NCBI GenBank assembly: GCA_963749495.1
Contig: CAVVMW010000006.1
Location: 512,001 to 576,000 of the forward strand
DNA length: 64,000 bases
Reading direction: 5' to 3'
Origin: an uncultured bacterium
GTDB lineage: Bacteria; Verrucomicrobiota; Verrucomicrobiia; Limisphaerales; UBA8199
This document shows positions 39,802 through 48,209 of the stretch, in pieces (the stretch's first letter is position 1; each line of letters starts with the position of its first letter). Below the pieces are notes generated by a model. That model was not told the DNA's origin, ran no database searches, and saw only the letters and a program-made list of their open reading frames with translations. The translations under genes and the position numbers were made by a program.

Positions 39802-41187
39802 CTACCTCTCCGGTTCCAGCTTCCGCAGTTGTTCCACCAGGTCGGGGTGCAACCTGGCCAGGTTGGTGCGCTCGGCGGGGTCGGCTTCGATATTGGCCAG
39901 GAACCATTCTTTGTCCCGGGGGTTGAGTCTGCCGCCGGCCTCGTCGTTGGGGGCGTGCAGGAGTTTCCAAGGACCTTGTCGAACGGCCCACTGCTCGCCC
40001 AGGCGCCAGTGGAGGACCTCGTGCGGGCTTGGGGCGGTCTGCGAGCGAATGACCGGCACGAGGCTGCGCCCGGTGAGCCTGGCTTTGGGCAACTCCACGC
40101 CGCACAGTTCGGAGAGGGTCGGCAGCCAATCGCAGCCATGGGCAACCTGGTCGCGGGTCTGGCCCTCGGGCAGGTGCCCGGGCCAGGAGATGATGGCGGG
40201 CAGGCGGATGCCGCCCTCGAAGAGGCTGAACTTGGCCCCCCGATAGGGGCCGCTGCTCCCGCCGCCGAAATGGGCGCGTTCCTCGACCGAATGGCCGTTG
40301 TCGGATTGATACACCAGGATGGTCCGCTGGCGCAGGCCCGAGTCGTCGAGGTGCTGCACCAATTGCTGGATGCGGTCATCGAGGGTTGAGACGAAGGCCG
40401 CGTAGAGGTTCCGGGGGTAGGGCACGTTCCGGTCCCGGTAATAGTCGAGCCACTTCACGTCGCCCTGGTACGGATAGTGGGGCATGTTGATGGCGAAATA
40501 AATGAAGAAGGGGCGGTCGCGGTGGCCCTCGATGAAGGCCTTGGCCTTTTCCACCATGAGGTCGGGGAAATAACGGCCTGGCAGCCGAACGCGGCGGTTG
40601 TTCTGCCACAGGTCATGTCGGTTTGGGCCGGCCCAGTAGCAGAAATGGGTGTAGTTATCAATGCAGCCGCCCATGAAGCCGAAGGAATAGTCGAACCCGT
40701 GGTCCAGGGGCCGATGACCGGCGCTGGAGCCGAGGTGCCATTTGCCGATGTGGGCGGTCGCATAGCCGGCGGCGCGGAACATATCGGCGAGGGTAACCTC
40801 GGTGGCGGGCAGGCCCGGGCCGGTCAAGGCATCCAGTTGGTCGGAGGCCTCGGTGGGCGGGGCGGCGCTGTTGTTGGGGATGCCGGCCAGCCACGGGTAA
40901 CGGCCAGTGAGCAGGGCGGCTCGGGAGGGCGAGCAGACCGGGGCGGCCGAATAGAACTGGGTGAACCGCACCCCTTGCGCCGCCAACCGATCCACGGCGG
41001 GCGTGGCCAGGTCCTTCGCCCCATAGCACCCGGCATCGATGCTCCCCTGGTCGTCGGCCATGATGACGATGACGTTGGGCCTCGGGGCCGGATCGCACAA
41101 GGCAGGGAGGACGCCCAGCGCGAAGGAGAGCAGGGTGGCGCGGAGAACACGGGTGAGCAGGCGGCCGGAGGAGGAGCAGGTTTTCAT
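39802..41187 (-). CDS. Secreted sulfatase (S1 family)
   Basis: Signal peptide, PNVIVIMADDQG, formylglycine motif CSPSRAALLTGR, GKWHLG, SDNG, EGGIRLP. Confidence 0.96.
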   Translation of the reverse strand: MKTCSSSGRLLTRVLRATLLSFALGVLPALCDPAPRPNVIVIMADDQGSIDAGCYGAKDLATPAVDRLAAQGVRFTQFYSAAPVCSPSRAALLTGRYPWLAGIPNNSAAPPTEASDQLDALTGPGLPATEVTLADMFRAAGYATAHIGKWHLGSSAGHRPLDHGFDYSFGFMGGCIDNYTHFCYWAGPNRHDLWQNNRRVRLPGRYFPDLMVEKAKAFIEGHRDRPFFIYFAINMPHYPYQGDVKWLDYYRDRNVPYPRNLYAAFVSTLDDRIQQLVQHLDDSGLRQRTILVYQSDNGHSVEERAHFGGGSSGPYRGAKFSLFEGGIRLPAIISWPGHLPEGQTRDQVAHGCDWLPTLSELCGVELPKARLTGRSLVPVIRSQTAPSPHEVLHWRLGEQWAVRQGPWKLLHAPNDEAGGRLNPRDKEWFLANIEADPAERTNLARLHPDLVEQLRKLEPER

Positions 41188-41359
41188 TTGGTTCGCAGAG
41201 GGCGCGCGTTTTGGGCGAGGGTAGAGCGAGCAAAGGCGTGAACAAAGATTTTTCCAGCCAGATTCAACAGAAGGAAACGGAGGAGCAAGGCGGGGCTTGG
41301 GGACATCGGGACAACAGACGGTCTTGCTGTGGTGGCGCGGGGAATGCTATGTTGCCGAC

Positions 41360-41578
41360 ATGAAATTGACCGCTGTTTTTGAGCCTGCCAAAGAGGGCGG
41401 CTACACCTGCTTTGTCGAGGAGATTCCGGCTGCCATTTCTGAGGGAGAGACGCTTGAGGAAGCCAAGAGGAATTTGCTCGAGGCGCTCAAGCTCGTCCTT
41501 CAGTGCTATCGCGAGATGGCGGAAAACGAGGTCTCGCCGAACGCGGTGCGCGAGTCAATTCAGTTGGCAGATGCATGA
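41360..41578 (+). CDS. hicB: HicB family antitoxin
   Basis: EGGYTCFVEEIPAAISEGETLEEAKRNLLEAL. Confidence 0.92.
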   Translation: MKLTAVFEPAKEGGYTCFVEEIPAAISEGETLEEAKRNLLEALKLVLQCYREMAENEVSPNAVRESIQLADA

Positions 41579-41760
41579 AGCTGCAGGCCCTGGAACGGCA
41601 CCTCCGTCAGCACGGCTGTGTCTTCCACCGCCCAGGCGGGTCTCACAACATCTGGCGCAATCCAGGGTCCCGCAAGCTTGCGAGCGTGCCTCGTCACCGT
41701 GAAGTCAAGGAGAACACGGTTCGGGCCATCTGCCGGCAACTCGAAATCGCCCCACCTTGA
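41575..41760 (+). CDS. hicA: HicA family toxin
   Basis: LERHLRQHGC...GGSHNIWRNP...SVPRHREV...ICRQL; ATGA overlap with hicB. Confidence 0.92.
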   Translation: MKLQALERHLRQHGCVFHRPGGSHNIWRNPGSRKLASVPRHREVKENTVRAICRQLEIAPP

Positions 41761-41887
41761 CGCGGCTGGCGGCACGCGAATACTGGCCTTCCCTGGTGGT
41801 TGTGTCGGGATACGGCCGGTGGGATTGTCGCCCTCGATCTTCGGTTGCAAAAGGGCCGGGGGATGTCCAGGATAGCCTTCTCTGGCC

Positions 41888-42038
41888 CGATGCTCCCCTG
41901 GTCGTCGGCCATGATGACGATGACGTTGGGCTTGGTGGGTTGCTCGCAGAAGGCAGGCAGGACGCCAAGGATGACACAGAGCACAGTGGCGCACAGAACA
42001 CCCTTGAGCGGGCGGTTAGGAGAACAGCAGGTTTTCAT
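41888..42038 (-). pseudogene. Truncated duplicate of the sulfatase 5' end
   Basis: MKTCCSPNRPL...PNVIVIMADDQGSI mirrors 41037-41187; upstream DNA is also duplicated. Confidence 0.85.
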
Positions 42039-42238
42039 TTGGTTCGCAGACGGCGCGCGTCTTCGGCAAGGGTAGGCCCGGGGACGGGGATGGACAAAGG
42101 TTTTTTCTGGTCAGACCGAACAGAAGGAAACGGAGGGAACGGAGGAGGCGCTGCCGGGCACCCGGCAGTCCGCGGCTCACCATGGGCGGTGTGAAAAGCA
42201 GAAAGCCGACCCTGTGTTCGTTTCCCTGGGTGGGATCC

Positions 42239-44740
42239 TTACGGCGCGAGCACCACCCGGTAAAACCGCGGCGGGCCGTTCGTGACGGAGTCGGTGGCGC
42301 TCAGCGTCGCTCCAGTTGCGGTGGCGGCGCTGCCCAGGTTGGTCCAGTTGCTCGAACTCAGGTCGGAGGTGTACTGCAACTGATACGTCCCTCCAACCTC
42401 CGTGCTCCAGGTCAGGCCCAGCGTGCCGTTGGTTAGGCTCACAGGTTGGAACACCGGGGCCGCCGGCACCACAGTCAGCCGGAAAACCGTCCCGAATCCG
42501 CCTGCGCCGCCGCCGTAGGTCGTGCCATAGAAACCGCCGTCGCTGCCCTGCACCAGCCCGGCAAGGGGTTTCGAGCCATCACTGCCGCCGGTGAAGGAAT
42601 ACAAGCTGGCCAGCGCCCCATTGGGGCTGATCTTGAACACGGTGCCCGAGTTGTTCGCGCCGCCAGCGGAAGTCGTGCCGTAGAAATCGCCGTCGCTGCC
42701 CTGCAGCAGCGCGGCAAAGGGATTTGCGCCATCGTTGCCAGCGAAGGAATGCAAACTGGCCAGCGTCCCATTGGGGCTGATTTTGAACACGGTGCCATAG
42801 CCCTGGAAGCCAGAGCCGTAAGTGCCGCCCCATTCCGTCGTGCCATAGAAATTGCCGTCGCTGCCCTGCACCAGCCCCGCCACGGGCGATCCGCCATCCT
42901 TGCCGCCGGCGAATGAATACAAGGTGGTCAGCGCCCCATGGGTGCTGATTTTGAACACGGTGTCATTAGTGAAGGACGGCAAAAACAGATCGAAGCCGGA
43001 AGTCGTACCGTAGAGATTGCCGTCGCTGCCCTGCACTAGCCCAGCGCGGGGAAATGCGCCATCGGTGCCGCCGGTGAATACGTGCAAGGTCGTCAGCGCC
43101 CCACCGGGGCTGATTTGGAACACGGTGCCATCGCCGCCAGGCAGGAAAGCGAACTTGCCGCCCCCGGATGTTGTGCCATAGAAATAGCCGTCGCTCGCCT
43201 GCACCAACCCGTTGGGGTTCCAGCCATCAGTGCCACCGAGGAATGAGTAAAAGCTCGTCAGTGCCCCAGTGGTGCTGATTTTGAACACGGTGCCATAGCC
43301 GTAAATGCTGCCGCCGCCGCCAGAAGTCGCGCCATAGAAATTGCCGTCGCTGCCCTGCACCAGCCCGTTGGGATAGGCGCCATCATTGCCGCCGGTGAAG
43401 GAATACAAACTAGTCAGCGCCCCAGCGGGGCTGATTTTGAACACGGTGCCATGGGCGTTCGTGCCGCCAGATTCAGTCGTGCCATAGAAACTGCCGTCGC
43501 TGCCCTGTACCAGCCCGTTCGGACCCGCGCCCTCATTGGCGCCGAAGGAATACAAAGTGGTCAGCGCCCCCGTGGTGCTGATCTTGAACACCGTGCCATC
43601 GCCAGCCGTGCCGCCGCCAGAAGTCGTGGCATAGAAATCGCCGTCGCTGCCCTGCACCAGCGCGGACGCATACCAGAGGCCGGCAGCCAGCGTCGTCAGC
43701 TCTCCGGCAGGGGTCATTTTAAACACCGTGTCACATGCCGCGCCATAGAAATTGCCGTCGCTGCCCTGCACCAGCGCGGCCCCGGGATATGCGCCATCAA
43801 TGTCGCCGCCGCCAAATAGGTGCAAGGTCGTCAGCGCCCCATTGGTGCTGATTTTGAACACGGTGCCCATGTCCATCGTGCCGCCGCATTCAGTCGTGCC
43901 ATAGAAATAGCCGTCGCTGCCCTGCGCCAGCCCGGGAAAGGGCTGACCGCCATCATTGCCGCCGGTGAAGAGATGCAAAGTGGTCAGCGCCCCATCGGGG
44001 CTGATTTTGAACACGGTGCCAAACTGGTGCGTGCTTTCGAGCTGAGTCGTGCCATAGAAATTGCCGTCGCTGCCCTGCACCAGCCCCTGGGGACAAATGC
44101 CATCATTGCCGCCGGTGAATGAATACAGATTGGTCAGCGCCCCATAGGGGCTGATTTCAAACACGGTGCCTTCGTAGTACGTGCCGCCGAATTCAGTCGT
44201 GCCATAGAAATTGCCGTCGCTGCCCTGCACCAGCCCCTGGGGAAACCCGCCATCATTGCCGCCGGTGAAGAGATGCAAAGTGGTCAGCGCCCCATCGGGG
44301 CTGATTTTGAACACGGTCCCAAACTGGTGCGTGCTTTCGGCGTGAGTCGTGGCATAGAAATTGCCGTCGCTGCCCTGCACCAGCGCGCCGCAGGGATATG
44401 CGCCATCATTGGTGCCGCTGAAAGAATACAAAGTGGTTAGCGCCCCATTGGGGCTGATCTTGAACACGGTGCCAACGCCCTGCCTGCCGCCGCTGGAGGT
44501 CGTGCCATAGAAATTGCCATCGCTGCCCTGCACCAGCCCCTCCCTGGTGGGACCTTTCCCGCTGGTGCCAACCCCAAATGAATGAAGGGTGGTTAGGGCT
44601 GCGCCGGGCTGGGCACCGAGGGCCGGCAGCAGGAGCGCGGCTGCACAGAGCAGTCGCCACCTGCTCGCGCAGGCGGCCCTCAAACGGGTGGTCATCGTCT
44701 TTGGGCAGGTTGTTCTGGCAGTTGAAGTTTGTGTTTTCAT
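42239..44740 (-). CDS. Choice-of-anchor GloVer tandem-repeat surface protein (14 repeats) with C-terminal 'FYRV' domain
   Basis: 14 x LVQGSDGNFYGTT..GG...GTVFKIS..GALTTLYSF; signal-like N-terminus; ends TWSTEVGGTYQLQYTSDL..WTNL...RFYRVVLAP. Confidence 0.9.
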   Translation of the reverse strand: MKTQTSTARTTCPKTMTTRLRAACASRWRLLCAAALLLPALGAQPGAALTTLHSFGVGTSGKGPTREGLVQGSDGNFYGTTSSGGRQGVGTVFKISPNGALTTLYSFSGTNDGAYPCGALVQGSDGNFYATTHAESTHQFGTVFKISPDGALTTLHLFTGGNDGGFPQGLVQGSDGNFYGTTEFGGTYYEGTVFEISPYGALTNLYSFTGGNDGICPQGLVQGSDGNFYGTTQLESTHQFGTVFKISPDGALTTLHLFTGGNDGGQPFPGLAQGSDGYFYGTTECGGTMDMGTVFKISTNGALTTLHLFGGGDIDGAYPGAALVQGSDGNFYGAACDTVFKMTPAGELTTLAAGLWYASALVQGSDGDFYATTSGGGTAGDGTVFKISTTGALTTLYSFGANEGAGPNGLVQGSDGSFYGTTESGGTNAHGTVFKISPAGALTSLYSFTGGNDGAYPNGLVQGSDGNFYGATSGGGGSIYGYGTVFKISTTGALTSFYSFLGGTDGWNPNGLVQASDGYFYGTTSGGGKFAFLPGGDGTVFQISPGGALTTLHVFTGGTDGAFPRAGLVQGSDGNLYGTTSGFDLFLPSFTNDTVFKISTHGALTTLYSFAGGKDGGSPVAGLVQGSDGNFYGTTEWGGTYGSGFQGYGTVFKISPNGTLASLHSFAGNDGANPFAALLQGSDGDFYGTTSAGGANNSGTVFKISPNGALASLYSFTGGSDGSKPLAGLVQGSDGGFYGTTYGGGAGGFGTVFRLTVVPAAPVFQPVSLTNGTLGLTWSTEVGGTYQLQYTSDLSSSNWTNLGSAATATGATLSATDSVTNGPPRFYRVVLAP

Positions 44741-45100
44741 AGTCTTTGACCTTGTGGATTGATAGCCGAGGGAAGTTGCTCTCTGAGGCGCCGGCTCTCC
44801 ATTGACGCAGCGCGTGTGAGGGGGAATTGAAAAAGCCTTCTTGGTCTTCCTGGTTTGCCGAACAGGCGGCCAAAATGCCGGACGCGGGTATAAAATCCAC
44901 AGTGGTGAGCACCCGATGCCTGCTCGCCCGAAGCGCATCTCGCAATTCCCGCCGTCAATTCCATAATCACCCGGCACCCGAACAAAACCGTCACGAAACC
45001 GGCAAACCCAGACGCCCCAACGCTGAGTACTACCCTGTCACCCTGTTCCCAAATCAAAAATCCAAGGGGGTGTCAAGCCGAATCTCTTCTCAATCTGCGG

Positions 45101-45129
45101 TTGCAAAAGGGCCGGGGGATGTCTAGGAT
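45101..45129 (+). promoter_or_regulatory. Sigma70-like promoter of scpAB-pheA
   Basis: TTGCAA-17 nt-TAGGAT; degenerate copy at 41845-41873. Confidence 0.6.
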
Positions 45130-45165
45130 AGCCTCCTCCGGCCCGGTGCGCAGGGGCCGGTGGCC

Positions 45166-46038
45166 ATGGCTGAGTATAAGGTCAGATTCGAGGTCTTCGA
45201 AGGCCCGCTGGATCTACTCCTTTATTTGATAAAGAAGGAGGAGGTGGACATTTACCAGGTGAACCTCACGCGCCTGGCGCAGCAGTTCATCGAGTATATC
45301 GAGACGATGCGGTTGCTGGACCTTGAGGTGGCCGGGGAGTTCCTGGTGATGGCGGCCACGCTGATGTACATCAAGAGCCGCGAGCTGTTGCCGGTGGATC
45401 AGCAGGTGCAGCCGGAGGACCAGGACGACGGCGAGGACCCGCGCTGGGAATTGATCCGGCAACTTGTGGAATACAAGAAGTTCAAAGATGCGGCGGCCCA
45501 GCTCCAGGCCCTGGAGGCGCGGCAGGAGAACGTCTTTCCCCGGGTCCCCCCGAGGCTGGAGTTCGAGTCCGAAACCTCCGCCCGGCAGGAGGCCTCCATC
45601 TTCAACCTGGTCAGCGCCGTCAGCGCAGTCCTGCAGCGGTTGGGCCAGCGCGGGGACCAGCGCGACATCTTCGAAGACAAATGGACGGTCAGCGAGAAGA
45701 TCCAGCACCTGATGCGCGCCCTGGGCGAGCAGGCGCAGTTGAGATTCTCGGACCTCTTCGCCGGCGTGGCCAGCCGTTCCGAGATCGTCGTGACCTTTTT
45801 GGCGCTGCTCGAGTTGATTCGGCTCAAGCAACTGGTGGCCGTGCAGGAAGAACCCTTCGGGGAAATACTCATTCGCCGGGCGCCCGCGGGTGCGCCCGAG
45901 GCCGCTTGGCCCGCCCCCGAACCCGGGCCCGAGGCGGGTACGACCGTCCCCGCAGCCCCGCCCGCGGCATTCTCGGCCCCGGCTCCGCCCGGGGAGCCCT
46001 CCGAGCCAGCCGCCGGACCCGACTCCCTCCCCGCTTAG
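45166..46038 (+). CDS. scpA: Segregation and condensation protein A
   Basis: FEGPLDLLLYLIKK, AGEFLVMAATLMYIKSRELLP, IVVTFLALLELIR. Confidence 0.97.
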   Translation: MAEYKVRFEVFEGPLDLLLYLIKKEEVDIYQVNLTRLAQQFIEYIETMRLLDLEVAGEFLVMAATLMYIKSRELLPVDQQVQPEDQDDGEDPRWELIRQLVEYKKFKDAAAQLQALEARQENVFPRVPPRLEFESETSARQEASIFNLVSAVSAVLQRLGQRGDQRDIFEDKWTVSEKIQHLMRALGEQAQLRFSDLFAGVASRSEIVVTFLALLELIRLKQLVAVQEEPFGEILIRRAPAGAPEAAWPAPEPGPEAGTTVPAAPPAAFSAPAPPGEPSEPAAGPDSLPA

Positions 46039-46057
46039 ACCTCTAACCAGCCGCCGC

Positions 46058-46867
46058 ATGGAACTGAAACTCATATTGGAAGCGATCCTCTTCTCGGCGC
46101 AAAAGCCGCTGAGCTTGAAAGAGATACGGGACGTTTTTGCCGGCGCGCCCGAGCACGCACAAGGGGATGAACGGGCGCGGGCCCTCAAGAGGATCAAGGA
46201 GGCCGAGGTGGTCGCCGCGCTGGAGGCACTGCAGCGGGAGCACGAACAGGGCGGGCGCAGTTTCCGCCTGGCGTGTGTGGCGGGGTCGTGGCAATTTGTA
46301 ACGGAGCCGCAATACGCCCCCTGGCTCAAGGCCCTGGTGGGCCATAAGGCGCGGGCGCCGCGGCTCTCTCAGCCGGCCCTGGAGACCCTGGCCATCGTCG
46401 CTTATCGCCAGCCGGTCACACGGGCGGAGGTCGAGCAGGTCCGGGGCGTGGCGGTCGATGGGGTGATGCAGACGCTGCTGGAGCGCGGGTTGATCGACCC
46501 GGCAGGCCGGGCGGAGGTGGTCGGCAGGCCGATGACTTACGGGACCACGCCCGCCTTCCTCGAATACTTCGGCCTGCGCAGCCTCGAGGATTTGCCTGCC
46601 GCCGACAAACTCCGGCGGGTGCCGACACAGAAACCGGAGGGGTTGGCGACCGTCAAGGCCGGCCTGGCAACCGCGCCGCCGGAGCAACTGGCATTGCCCG
46701 CGGAAGCTGACGCCGCCAAATCGGAGGCCGGAGGCCGGAGGCCGGAGGCCGGGGAGCAACAGGCATTGCCCGCGGAAGCTGCCGCACCCGTGGGTGGGCT
46801 GCCTCCGCCCGGCCCCGCCCCGCCGGAAACCAACGAACCGGGAGCAGAGAACCCACAAACCTCGAGC
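46058..46867 (+). CDS. scpB: Segregation and condensation protein B (as assembled, in frame with pheA and without its own stop)
   Basis: ILEAILFSA, LSQPALETLAIVAYRQPVTRAEVEQVRGV, GRPMTYGTT..FLEYFGL. Confidence 0.93.
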
Positions 46868-47928
46868 ATGCATATCCTAGAACACCGCAAGGCGATCGAC
46901 AAGTGCGACGCCCAGCTCATCACGCTCCTGAACGAGCGCACCAAGCACGTCCTGGCCATCGGCGAGATCAAACGCAAGGCCGGCGACAAGGTCTATGCCC
47001 CGCACCGTGAGCGGGCCGTGCTCAGGAGGATTTCCAGGCTCAACCACGGGCCGATTACCAACGAGTCGCTTCAGGCGATTTACCGCGAGGTCATGTCCAG
47101 CGCCCTCTCGCTCGAGAAGACCCTCACCATCGCCTACCTGGGCCCGAGGCCACATTCACCCACCAGGCCGCCATCCAGCGTTTCGGCTCCAGCCTGCATT
47201 ATTTCGCCCAGAAGACCATCAGCGACGTCTTCACCGAGGTGAGCAAGAGGCGCGCGGACTACGGGGTGGTGCCGGTCGAGAACTCGACCGAAGGGGCGGT
47301 GACGCACACGCTGGACATGTTCGTGGACAGCGACCTCAAGATCGTGGCGCAGATCGTCCTGCCGGTACAGCATTGCCTGTTGAGCAAATGCCGCCGGTCG
47401 CAGATACGGAAGCTCTTTGCGCATCCCCAGGCCCAGGCCCAGTGCCGCGGCTGGCTGCAGGCCAACCTGCCCCGCGTCGAGACCATCGAGACCTCCTCCA
47501 ACGCCCGCTCGGCCGAGCTGGCGGCCACCGAGAAGAATTCCGCCGCCATCGCCGGCGTCCTGGCCTCGGAAAAATACGGCGTGCCCGTGCTCGATTATGA
47601 CATCCAGGACAACGTCGCCAACGCCACCCGGTTCCTGGTCCTGGGCCGGCAATGCACCCCGCGCACCGGCAACGACCGGACCAGCCTGGTGTTCAGCGTC
47701 GCCAACCGGGCCGGCGCCCTCTACCGGGCCCTGGCCGCGTTCCGCCGTTACCGCCTCAACATGACCAAGATCGAGTCCCGCCCCAGCAAACGCAAGGCCT
47801 GGGAATACTTCTTCTTCGTCAATTGCGACGGCCACCTCACTGACCGCAAGGTCTCCAAGGCCCTGCACCTGCTGGGCGAGCACTGCAGCTACGTCAAGGT
47901 CCTCGGCTCCTATCCCAACCTCGAATAA
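46868..47928 (+). CDS. pheA: Chorismate mutase/prephenate dehydratase; indel at ~47145
   Basis: RKAIDKCDAQLITLLNER; IAYLGP[EATFTHQAA]; VVPVENSTEG; NATRFLVLG; NMTKIESRPSK. Confidence 0.95.
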
Positions 47929-47974
47929 GGGACCGCCGTAAGTCACTCAAAGCGGGAGCAGCACCGCAGTCGGA

Positions 47975-48122
47975 CCCCTCACCCCAGCCCTCTCCCCATC
48001 GGATGGGGAGAGGGAGCATTCTCCGTAGCGGCTCGAGGAACCACAGGCGCGCGAAAAGTTCAAGTGACTGCCGGCGCTTCTCCCTCTCCCCTTCGGAAGG
48101 GGAGAGGGCCGGGGTGAGGGGT
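47975..48122. repeat. REP-like inverted repeat between convergent pheA and recQ
   Basis: cccctcaccccagccctctcccc..ggggagaggga ... tccctctcccc..ggggagagggccggggtgagggg. Confidence 0.88.
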
Positions 48123-48209
48123 CGGTCGGGGACTCTGTCCCACCTTCACTTCTGACCGGTTACGACCCGCCCCCCATCCCTTCCGTGGCTTTTGTCCCTT
48201 TTGTCTCTG

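Noticed and set aside
39620..40129. Long N-terminal extensions given by the ORF track for Dam (also recQ, thioesterase, Fe-S subunit, DUF4149, scpB)
   Set aside because: The extensions overlap neighbouring genes, promoters or palindromic repeats; family homology begins at downstream starts.
42470..44600. Regularly spaced DNA repeats as a CRISPR array or DGR template/variable repeats
   Set aside because: They are in-frame protein repeats of ~150 bp; no cas genes, no reverse transcriptase, and no adenine-specific mismatch pattern was evident.
44745..45095. Riboswitch or ncRNA upstream of the GloVer gene
   Set aside because: A GGCAAAC-like word is present but I could not fit a full c-di-GMP or other consensus structure; an Rfam cmscan would settle it.
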